Shown: positions 24,832-32,000 of the stretch, piece by piece
How positions within the stretch are numbered: position 1 is the stretch's first letter
How the letters are laid out: every line of letters begins with the position of its first letter
Assembly (NCBI GenBank): GCA_963663995.1
Contig: OY760660.1
Coordinates: 1,320,001 to 1,352,000, forward strand
Source: Erysipelotrichaceae bacterium
Lineage (GTDB): Bacteria; Bacillota_I; Bacilli_A; Erysipelotrichales; Erysipelotrichaceae
DNA length: 32,000 nucleotides
Direction: 5' to 3'
Program-made: the position numbers and the translations under genes
Notes under the pieces: generated by a model
Database searches by the model: none
Seen by the model: only the letters and a program-made list of their open reading frames with translations
Told to the model about the DNA's origin: nothing

Positions 24832-25614
24832 ATGCCTTTTGAAGAGAGAGTTTATCGCTCACAAAATAAAAATGATGGATTATTAAAGTTCACGGTTATT
24901 ATCGAAGAATCTGATTGTGAAATCGTCATGGATCCTGTTGTCGATCTTGAGATCGCTTTTAGTTATAGTGAAAAAATATTATTCGACATTCGTGAAGACT
25001 TAAAAACTGTTATTCATCATTTCCCAGATTTTCTAAACAGTCATCAACCCATCACGATATCTGACAATGACTTAGATCTACTTCAACTTAAAGATCAAAA
25101 TATGATTAAAAGAATGTTAGAAGCTAGCACTATAGCTTTGGTAGGTCCAATGGCATGTGTTGCGGGAATGACCTCTGAACTGCTTGTGAAATCAATTCAA
25201 AAACAATTTCAGGTGAAGAATATCTTCTGTGAAAATGGGGGTGATATCTATATCGATGGAAATAGTGATAAAACAATATCGATCTATGCAGGACAATCCC
25301 CTTTAAGCAATCAATTAGCACTTAAAATAAAAAAAGAAGATTTACCCCTATGTGTCTGTACTTCATCGGGAACTGTCGGTCATTCTTTCTCATACGGAAA
25401 AGCCGATGCCTGTGTTTGTGTTTCAAAAAATAGTGCACTTGCGGATGCCTGTGCAACTGCTTTGGCAAACAAAATACAAACAGCGGATGATATTGAAGCA
25501 TGTCTCAATGATGGTTTAGGCATACCTGGATTAGATAGTATTGTGATTATTAAAGATGACAAAATTGGCTATACAGAAAAGACGATCTTAGTTAAAAGAA
25601 GTTCACAAGAGTGA
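24832..25614 (+). CDS. UPF0280 / COG2122 ApbE-like protein
   Basis: TSSGTVGHSFSYGKADA ... ALADACATALAN pattern as recalled for UPF0280. It starts 3 nt after the previous stop. Confidence 0.7.
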   Translation: MPFEERVYRSQNKNDGLLKFTVIIEESDCEIVMDPVVDLEIAFSYSEKILFDIREDLKTVIHHFPDFLNSHQPITISDNDLDLLQLKDQNMIKRMLEASTIALVGPMACVAGMTSELLVKSIQKQFQVKNIFCENGGDIYIDGNSDKTISIYAGQSPLSNQLALKIKKEDLPLCVCTSSGTVGHSFSYGKADACVCVSKNSALADACATALANKIQTADDIEACLNDGLGIPGLDSIVIIKDDKIGYTEKTILVKRSSQE

Positions 25615-25623
25615 ACTTCTTTT
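25594..25623. terminator. Bidirectional terminator shared by convergent genes
   Basis: Perfect 13-bp stem AAAAGAAGTTCAC-aaga-GTGAACTTCTTTT. It contains the TGA of the plus-strand gene and touches the TAA of asnA. Confidence 0.75.
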
Positions 25624-26629
25624 ATAGTAGATTCATATTGTTTTGTTTACACCATTCATCCATCTCATCAGACCATACAGAAGCTTGAACTTCTCCTATA
25701 TGAGCTTTTCTAAGATAGAACATACACAAACGAGACTGACCAATTCCACCCCCCATTGAATATGGAAGTTCTTGGTCTAATAGTGCTTTATGGAATGGAT
25801 AAGCTTTACGATTTTGCGCATTTGCTTTTTCTAATTGTTCTAGTAAGGCTGTTTCATCAACACGTATTCCCATTGAGGAAAGTTCAAAAGCACGATTCAA
25901 AACTGGATTATAAACAACGATATCCCCATTGAGTGTCCAATCATCATAATCAGGTGCACGACCATCATGTTTAATGCCAGACTTTAGTAAGTCACCAATT
26001 TGGAAAATAAAGACAGCTTTCTTTTCTTTAACAATCTCATCTTCTCTTTCTTTTGGACTTAAATCTGGATATTTATCTTCTAATTCTTGAGTACTGATAA
26101 AGAAAATATTGTCTGGAAGGATTGGATGAAATTGTGGATATTCTTTAAAGACATCTTTTTCTAAATCACGGATTACTTTATAAATACTTCGAACCGTATC
26201 AGCTAAAGTGTGATAATTTCGATCTTCTTTTAAAATGTTCTTTTCCCAGTCCCACTGATCAACATAAATGGAGTGAAGATTATCAGCATCTTCATCACGA
26301 CGTATCGCATTCATATCTGTATAGAGACCTTCATTAGCTTGAAATCCATAACGTTTAAGGGCTAAACGTTTCCACTTTGCGAGTGAATGAACCACTTCAA
26401 CTGTTTCAGAGTTGAGTGATTTCACATCAAAAGCAACCGGTCTTTCAACGCCATTTAAATCATCATTTAAACCAGTATTTTTACGCACAAACAAAGGTGC
26501 AGATACACGGGTTAAATTTAAAGCTTTCGCTAAGCGATGTTCAAAGTGATCTTTGATGAATTTAATCGCAACTTCTGTTTCTCTGATATCTAATGGATGT
26601 TTATAAGATTTTGGTGTGTGTAATGTCAT
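25622..26629 (-). CDS. asnA: Aspartate--ammonia ligase (asparagine synthetase A)
   Basis: Strong by-eye match to E. coli AsnA ([34 protein letters not shown]). The start is moved to MTLHTPK, which has an AGGAGAA ribosome-binding site. Confidence 0.9.
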   Translation of the reverse strand: MTLHTPKSYKHPLDIRETEVAIKFIKDHFEHRLAKALNLTRVSAPLFVRKNTGLNDDLNGVERPVAFDVKSLNSETVEVVHSLAKWKRLALKRYGFQANEGLYTDMNAIRRDEDADNLHSIYVDQWDWEKNILKEDRNYHTLADTVRSIYKVIRDLEKDVFKEYPQFHPILPDNIFFISTQELEDKYPDLSPKEREDEIVKEKKAVFIFQIGDLLKSGIKHDGRAPDYDDWTLNGDIVVYNPVLNRAFELSSMGIRVDETALLEQLEKANAQNRKAYPFHKALLDQELPYSMGGGIGQSRLCMFYLRKAHIGEVQASVWSDEMDEWCKQNNMNLL

Positions 26630-26637
26630 AAGTTCTC

Positions 26638-27192
26638 CTACTGCGGCCAATCTGTTATAACTTGTCCAGTGACTAAAAACGCTTTTTTAGAGATTTTCGC
26701 TAATGGACTATCCGAGAGTGAGTCTGAATAGAATTCATTGATTTCTTCATTTGGATAAAGTTCTCTAAATCGTTTTACTTTTTCTTCACCATAACAGTTT
26801 TCTTTAGAGCGACCTGTAATTGGATCAACGCGTGAAGCAATTAATGTTACGCCTAATTTATCACAAATAGGTTTAAGTAAAACTTCAGGCGAAGCAGAGA
26901 TAATCACATCGCTACTATCTTTTTGTTTCATATAGAAATCATTGATTTTATCCAGACGTGTTTCCCAAAATTCTTCAGCTCTTTTTTCAATACTATCAAT
27001 ACGATTAAAGTAGATATAAAAAATCGTTTTCATATCTGTTTTGCTTATGATATGTAGTTTATACATACCAAAGGCAACAATCATCTTAATCCAATACATC
27101 GCTATGATGGGATTTTTTTGTAGATTGAAGAGATAGAACTCTACAGAACTATCATTAGGATAAATTGTTTTATCAAAGTCATATACATTCAT
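26638..27192 (-). CDS. HAD-superfamily hydrolase (subfamily IB-like)
   Basis: The N-terminus MNVYDFDKT carries the DxD nucleophile motif. The ATG at 27192 is preferred. The track start at 27207 is a TTG inside a TATAAT box. Confidence 0.7.
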   Translation of the reverse strand: MNVYDFDKTIYPNDSSVEFYLFNLQKNPIIAMYWIKMIVAFGMYKLHIISKTDMKTIFYIYFNRIDSIEKRAEEFWETRLDKINDFYMKQKDSSDVIISASPEVLLKPICDKLGVTLIASRVDPITGRSKENCYGEEKVKRFRELYPNEEINEFYSDSLSDSPLAKISKKAFLVTGQVITDWPQ

Positions 27193-27207
27193 ACACGTAT
27201 TATACAA
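27193..27207 (-). promoter_or_regulatory. Putative -10 box placed for a leaderless transcript
   Basis: Minus strand reads TTG TATAAT acgtgt ATG, with TATAAT at 27204..27199 and the ATG at 27192. No Shine-Dalgarno sequence. Confidence 0.35.
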
Positions 27208-27220
27208 TAATGTTTAGACA

Positions 27221-27240
27221 AAAAAAGGAGCATCTGCTCC
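27221..27240 (-). terminator. Rho-independent terminator ending the PTS/deacetylase operon
   Basis: Minus strand reads GGAGC-agat-GCTCC followed by TTTTTT, abutting the stop codon. Confidence 0.65.
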
Positions 27241-28073
27241 TATATAAGTTTATATAAATCACGATATGTGATTAGTTCAATTTCATTATTTTCAATCCAC
27301 TGTATGAGTTTTGGAGATGTCATCATTTGGTGGTCTCTCATTCTTTCAAGTGAAAGTGTTGTCCAATCGAATAATTCAGCATCCACGTATCCAGGATGTC
27401 CTAGAATAGCGAATAATTCTTTATCTAAGAAATAATCAGCGTTATCCAAAACCATATTTAGTGGGTTTTTATTAATTTGAGCAATTGGATTAAAAACTTT
27501 GTTATTTAGACTTGATTGACTCATATCCATTTGTTTATCTCTCATAAGATCCATAATCGATACCAAACCAACTTTTTCCCATAAATCCATTGAGAATGGC
27601 AAACCTTCTTCTTCGCCAACTTTACGAATCGCATCAAGATAGTTTTCGTGCATTAATGAATGTGCATGTAAATAACCAGGTTTTTCACCAACTAATCTTA
27701 CATACTTGTCATATTGAGCTCGAATCTCTTTATAAACCTCTTCAAAAGGAAAGAGTGCTCTACGTCCTGCCTCTGTTTTGAATTCTTCTTTAGCCATCGT
27801 TGTACCAGATTTGATAAAATTTCCATTCTCATCGACTAAATGTGGTATTTCTTTAGAATCTGCGACTGAAGGTCCAGCTACAATATTAAAATCTATCCCA
27901 AAGCAAGCTTGAGGTCTCTCTTTTATAAAAGAGGCTGCCCATTCAGCGATTGGCATATTAACGAACATTCCAGTATTTCTTAAGACACCGTTATCAATGG
28001 CATCCAAAATCCCATAGGTTACTGCCTTTGTAAAACCATAATCATCCCCTTGTACTAATACTTTATTTTTCAT
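27240..28073 (-). CDS. ChbG/YdjC-family carbohydrate deacetylase
   Basis: GDDYGFTKAVTYGILDAIDNGV, HAHSLMH and GHPGYVD match the E. coli ChbG motifs by eye. Confidence 0.8.
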   Translation of the reverse strand: MKNKVLVQGDDYGFTKAVTYGILDAIDNGVLRNTGMFVNMPIAEWAASFIKERPQACFGIDFNIVAGPSVADSKEIPHLVDENGNFIKSGTTMAKEEFKTEAGRRALFPFEEVYKEIRAQYDKYVRLVGEKPGYLHAHSLMHENYLDAIRKVGEEEGLPFSMDLWEKVGLVSIMDLMRDKQMDMSQSSLNNKVFNPIAQINKNPLNMVLDNADYFLDKELFAILGHPGYVDAELFDWTTLSLERMRDHQMMTSPKLIQWIENNEIELITYRDLYKLI

Positions 28074-28075
28074 AT

Positions 28076-29260
28076 TTAATTCCCCATTTTTAGCATTTCC
28101 ATATTAAATAAATCAGTATCTTGATTTAAATCAAAAATCTTCTGACCTTTCAAAAAGGTTTGAAGAACTTTAAATTTCGGACTAACGATGATAAAGTCAG
28201 CATCTTTTCCAACTGTTAAGGATCCTTTTTTATCAGAATAAGCATATTTTCGACTTGGATTTAATGCCGCCATTTTCATAACATCAACAATTGGAATATT
28301 TAAATCTGTGACTAAGTTCTTTATTCCAAAAATAACAGGTTGAGTTGACCCCATTAAGCGTCCAGTATCTGTTAGACAATAACCTTCTTCTGTAACATTC
28401 GCATACATATCTTTAAACATAAGATATCGACCCACAGGTGCACCTGATAGTGGTGTGCAATCAGAGACCATCATGAAACGACTGATATCTTTGATTTTAA
28501 AATATAAATCAATCATTTCTAAACTGACATGCATTCCATCGCAAATAATTTCACAATCAACATTCGGATGCGTTAATGCCGCACCAAGCCCACCAATATC
28601 ACGATGGTGTAAACCAGTCATGACATTTCCAGTATGTGTTGACACACTTATCCCTTGATCAAAGGCTTTTTTTGCATCTTCATACCCTAAGTCACTATGA
28701 GCATATGCAACGGTTACACCTTCTGACAAAAAGTAGTCTCTTATTTCATCTATTCCATCGATCTCGGGTGCTAAGGCAACAAGTTTTAGCTGACCTTTCG
28801 CCTCCTCTACCATTTTTTTTGCTGTTTCAAGGCTCACTTCTGACCATCCAGTCTTAATGCCTTTTTCACCAACACGATTCAGCCAAGGACCTTCAGAATG
28901 GATACCGCGAATTTGTGCTCCTTCATCCATTTTAGATAAATCAGCTATTGCAGAAAACATACTAATATCAGCTGTTGGTAAAATAGATGTAACACCTTGA
29001 CTTGCTAAACCTTTTAAATAACCTTTAACTGTTTTAATATCCTTTTCTTTATTCACTGATTCCATTAGATTAAATCCAAATACACCATGATTATGAGTAT
29101 CAAATATGCCTGGTAATATCATAGAATCCTTTAAATCAATGATTTCTTTAGCATAAGTTTTTGCTGATACTGACTTAATTATTCCATTTTCTACTTCTAA
29201 GTATCCATCAATCACTTGATGTTCACAGACTATTTGTTTTGACTTATAAACTTTCATCAT
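28076..29260 (-). CDS. NagA-like N-acetyl-hexosamine-6-phosphate deacetylase (amidohydrolase)
   Basis: PGIFDTHNHG, HSEGPW, AHS and THTGN motifs, and the C-terminal GSLTVGKDADF. Confidence 0.8.
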   Translation of the reverse strand: MMKVYKSKQIVCEHQVIDGYLEVENGIIKSVSAKTYAKEIIDLKDSMILPGIFDTHNHGVFGFNLMESVNKEKDIKTVKGYLKGLASQGVTSILPTADISMFSAIADLSKMDEGAQIRGIHSEGPWLNRVGEKGIKTGWSEVSLETAKKMVEEAKGQLKLVALAPEIDGIDEIRDYFLSEGVTVAYAHSDLGYEDAKKAFDQGISVSTHTGNVMTGLHHRDIGGLGAALTHPNVDCEIICDGMHVSLEMIDLYFKIKDISRFMMVSDCTPLSGAPVGRYLMFKDMYANVTEEGYCLTDTGRLMGSTQPVIFGIKNLVTDLNIPIVDVMKMAALNPSRKYAYSDKKGSLTVGKDADFIIVSPKFKVLQTFLKGQKIFDLNQDTDLFNMEMLKMGN

Positions 29261-30195
29261 TTTTCAACCTCTTTGAATGATTGGAATATTCCATTTCTAA
29301 TATCTATCAATCGCTCTACATTTACATCATAGTCTTTTTTAGTTCGTGTGTTTTTTAAAACAAGATCATTTTTATAACGATCTCCACTCACCAACATCAT
29401 CCCTGAAGGAAAATATGAAAATATCTGATTTTCAGATCCTTCTTCTTTATACGCCTTGAGTATAATATCGGTTTTAAAGTTTTGTATGAATATTTGAGCG
29501 TTTTTTTCAAATTTATGGGATGTCGCTAACGCAAGTATTTCTCCACTAGCTAAACCATCCAGAATTAATGTTTTCATATGTGTAGGAATTAGATTAAGTT
29601 CTCTAATATCCTTATAACCTTCCATGCCAGATGATGCTTTATCTACTAGAACAAAAGCAACTTTATTTCTTAAACTTTTTTCTTTTAATAAATCAATAAT
29701 TGCTACAAGTGATACAGAATTTCTATTGTAATTAAATCGATTAGGATAACCTGTCATTAACTTGAATAATTGACCAATTATAATAAAACTGATAATTCTA
29801 ACGATTGTTGAAAAAATTAATGTATCCCAAGTGAAAGTATTTAAAACCAGAAGATACAAACCAATAAAAAGAATTGCGCTAACAATGACTTGTAAAACTA
29901 AATTTAGTTGATCTATTGAAAAATTCTTTTCTTGTTTAAAAGGATAGTATTTTTGATTTGGTAATAATAATTTTGTAGGCGTATCATACGCTGCCATGAC
30001 CACATGTTTAGCTTTCTTTAAATCGCCAATTACCATGTGCGTATTAATAAACCCAAATTTCTTTTTATTGAAGAATTCAATATTCCAATCGTTTGCTTTT
30101 GCAATTTTAGAAACTTCTTCAATAAATAATTTTTTTTGTTTTTTAGTATATCTTTTACCTAAAGTAATACCAAAATGTAATATGAGATCTTTCAT
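29257..30195 (-). CDS. Hypothetical membrane protein with a degenerate M28-peptidase-like pattern
   Basis: Two or three central hydrophobic helices. The flanking segments resemble M28 motif order, but most metal ligands are replaced. GGGGAGG ribosome-binding site. Confidence 0.55.
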   Translation of the reverse strand: MKDLILHFGITLGKRYTKKQKKLFIEEVSKIAKANDWNIEFFNKKKFGFINTHMVIGDLKKAKHVVMAAYDTPTKLLLPNQKYYPFKQEKNFSIDQLNLVLQVIVSAILFIGLYLLVLNTFTWDTLIFSTIVRIISFIIIGQLFKLMTGYPNRFNYNRNSVSLVAIIDLLKEKSLRNKVAFVLVDKASSGMEGYKDIRELNLIPTHMKTLILDGLASGEILALATSHKFEKNAQIFIQNFKTDIILKAYKEEGSENQIFSYFPSGMMLVSGDRYKNDLVLKNTRTKKDYDVNVERLIDIRNGIFQSFKEVEK

Positions 30196-30210
30196 TCAAC
30201 CTCCCCTAGA

Positions 30211-30238
30211 ATAAAGGGAGAATCCATTGATTCTCCCC
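30211..30238 (-). terminator. Intra-operon hairpin (partial terminator/attenuator) between IID and downstream genes
   Basis: Minus strand reads GGGAGAATC-aatg-GATTCTCCC followed by TTTATTCT. Confidence 0.5.
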
Positions 30239-30250
30239 TTGACTTCAATC

Positions 30251-31066
30251 TTAGAAAATCCCGAAAGCGGCTAAGAATATAGAACCAAACATAATACCTA
30301 AGACAAGCGTAATTGGTTTGAAACCTTTTTTAATTAAACTAACTAAGAAGAACAATAAGCCAACTGATAAGATACCTGGCATAATAGCTTCTAATGTATC
30401 TAAAACAACAACTGAGGTATCACCTACGATGATTGTCCAAGATAAGCCAACATTAACCATTTGAGCAACCATTGCCCCAACCATTGTTAAACCAACAATA
30501 GCAGCTGATTTTGTAAGAGCAGACATTAATCCGGATTGGAAGACACTATCAATGAAAGTTGTTCCCATAGTATAGCCAATACGTAATAAATAATATTTAG
30601 CAATGGCTTGTCCACCACCATACATTAAGATAAAAATAATAACCCCTAGGAAACTGCCTTGTGATGCTAAACCAATTGCAATACCAGCAGAAATAACACG
30701 GACAACATTGAAGAAAAAGCTATCCCCAATACCTGCTGTTGGTCCCATTAATGCGACTTTGATATTTTCAATCGTTTCATCATTAACTGAACCTTTTTCA
30801 ATTTTTTCTTTTTCCATCGCATAGATTAAACCAGCAATGAAATTAAACATAACGGCATGTGTATTAAAGAAGTTTGTGTGACGTTTTAAAGCAGCTTTAC
30901 GTTCTTCATCATCTTTATACAATGCATTAATCGCTGGAGATAATGTTAACGCAAATGAACTACTTTCCATTTTAACCATATTAAATCCTGCAAAGACAGT
31001 CCCAGAGAAGAGGAACATTTTATTAAGAATTTTATTCTCTTCTTTTGAATATTGATATTTAGCCAT
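30251..31066 (-). CDS. PTS mannose/sorbose-family IID component
   Basis: FFNTH, LMGPTAGIGDSFF and overall colinearity with ManZ/AgaD. Confidence 0.9.
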   Translation of the reverse strand: MAKYQYSKEENKILNKMFLFSGTVFAGFNMVKMESSSFALTLSPAINALYKDDEERKAALKRHTNFFNTHAVMFNFIAGLIYAMEKEKIEKGSVNDETIENIKVALMGPTAGIGDSFFFNVVRVISAGIAIGLASQGSFLGVIIFILMYGGGQAIAKYYLLRIGYTMGTTFIDSVFQSGLMSALTKSAAIVGLTMVGAMVAQMVNVGLSWTIIVGDTSVVVLDTLEAIMPGILSVGLLFFLVSLIKKGFKPITLVLGIMFGSIFLAAFGIF

Positions 31067-31854
31067 TAGAAGAAGTCCTCACTTTCTGATCCAACTTTCG
31101 CCATTGAATTTTTTAAATCAACAAATTTCTTTTCATTATAGAAATAACCAACTGCAACAATTAACGCTAAAATTGCAATTGCAAGTGTAGGTAAACTGAG
31201 GTATTTAGCTAACACAAATCCTGCAAAGAAATAAATTCCAACTTCTTTGTTCCAAATCATTGATGTAATGATTGCGAAACCAACAGCGGTCATCATACCA
31301 CTTGCTTTACCTAACCCCGTCATGATAAAGACTGGTAATGAACCTAAGAACGCATTAAGTGATTCAACACCGAATGCAATTGCTAAATACAATGCGACCA
31401 TTGAACCCAAACGAGCGATAAACGCATCAAATAAAACAAGTTGGATACCAAATGATTTCATATTTCCTTTTTCTGCAAGATGTTCCCAATAAGGAGCCAT
31501 ACCTGCAAACATGGAGAATAATAAACCATTAAGAGAAGCCATAATTGTACCAATTGGTAAAGCTATTGCTAAACCAGCTTCGATATCGCCTCCTGTTAAT
31601 ACTGTATAAGAAACTGATATAAGCGCACTTGTTAATGCGTCGGCAGGAACAGATCCACCGATAGGGGAAATCCCCATAAAAATCGCTTCTAATGCAGCAC
31701 CCATCACAATACCAGTATGGAAATCGCCAAGCAATGCTCCAACTAGTGGAGCTGCGACAATTGGTCTTGTGAATACTTGAAATGACGTAAACGTCATATC
31801 AAGGGCTGATAGAATAAAATAAGCTAAAACAACTAATAAAGCACTTTGAGCCAT
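31066..31854 (-). CDS. PTS mannose/sorbose-family IIC component
   Basis: Polytopic membrane protein of ManY/AgaC type. Its stop overlaps the IID start by 1 nt. Confidence 0.9.
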   Translation of the reverse strand: MAQSALLVVLAYFILSALDMTFTSFQVFTRPIVAAPLVGALLGDFHTGIVMGAALEAIFMGISPIGGSVPADALTSALISVSYTVLTGGDIEAGLAIALPIGTIMASLNGLLFSMFAGMAPYWEHLAEKGNMKSFGIQLVLFDAFIARLGSMVALYLAIAFGVESLNAFLGSLPVFIMTGLGKASGMMTAVGFAIITSMIWNKEVGIYFFAGFVLAKYLSLPTLAIAILALIVAVGYFYNEKKFVDLKNSMAKVGSESEDFF

Positions 31855-31885
31855 AAATAATTCCTTTCTTTAACTTTTGATTTTT

Positions 31886-32000
31886 TTATTTAAAGATACG
31901 AGTAACATCTTCACTACTAGACTCTGGGGTTACTTGATAAATGCATTTGAGTCCAGTTGCAATGAGTTTGCGGAATTCCTCAACTTCCATATCATTGCAA
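31886..32000 (-). CDS. PTS mannose-family IIB component, C-terminal fragment (continues beyond the window)
   Basis: The reverse frame reads ...CNDMEVEEFRKLIATGLKCIYQVTPESSSEDVTRIFK*. Position directly upstream of IIC fits IIB. Confidence 0.5.
   Translation of the reverse strand, partial: CNDMEVEEFRKLIATGLKCIYQVTPESSSEDVTRIFK

Noticed and set aside
25130-31492. Antisense ORFs 25130-25321, 25380-25562, 27590-27781, 28455-28658, 28636-28857, 29996-30214, 30603-30824 and 31247-31492
   Set aside because: Each lies wholly within a confidently assigned gene on the other strand, and none shows a family signature.
1-32000. Search for CRISPR arrays, tRNA/rRNA genes, IS elements, integrases or long terminal/direct repeats
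   Set aside because: No periodic repeat-spacer structure, cloverleaf-like conserved tRNA motifs, transposase/integrase ORFs or long repeats were seen. The only duplication is the tandem GNAT pair.

Overview
Low-GC Firmicute-type chromosomal window using genetic code 11 (TGA is a stop, and RF2 is present with its TGA-dependent frameshift). It is mostly core genes, with one short accessory stretch at the left end. No rRNA, tRNA, CRISPR array, transposase or integrase was recognised.

Layout, left to right:
- rmuC, probably cut by the window edge.
- A DinJ-YafQ toxin-antitoxin pair.
- An unknown 154-aa gene plus an ADP-ribosylglycohydrolase.
- An unannotated 45-aa membrane peptide, then three small membrane proteins, one with a C-terminal zinc ribbon.
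- A divergent LysR / EamB-like exporter pair.
- NUDIX, ROK kinase and cyclophilin genes.
- A nine-gene [FeFe]-hydrogenase operon (8370-15158), HydABC bifurcating type. Five translationally coupled signalling-like genes (DRTGG, GHKL ATPase, DRTGG, PHP, GHKL ATPase) sit between its subunit genes. A Rex-box-like palindrome lies upstream.
- An M24 peptidase.
- On the minus strand: comFA-comFC, csp, and secA-prfB followed by two tandem GNAT genes. prfB carries the classic +1 frameshift.
- A T-box leader driving a three-gene archaeal-type homocysteine/sulfide-assimilation set (COG1900, NIL-ferredoxin, COG2122/UPF0280).
- A convergent HAD-asnA unit.
- A mannose-family PTS amino-sugar locus (IIB partial, IIC, IID, a membrane protein with a degenerate M28-like pattern, a NagA-like deacetylase and a ChbG/YdjC-like deacetylase).

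Most interesting candidates:
- The uncharacterised kinase/phosphatase-like module inside the hydrogenase operon.
- A non-canonical TSCSPGW H-cluster motif in HydA.
- The T-box-controlled homocysteine trio.
- Three TATAAT-N6-ATG (leaderless-like) gene starts.
- A G-rich double hairpin in a convergent intergenic region.

All calls rest on reading the translated ORFs and the DNA by eye. No database search was run.
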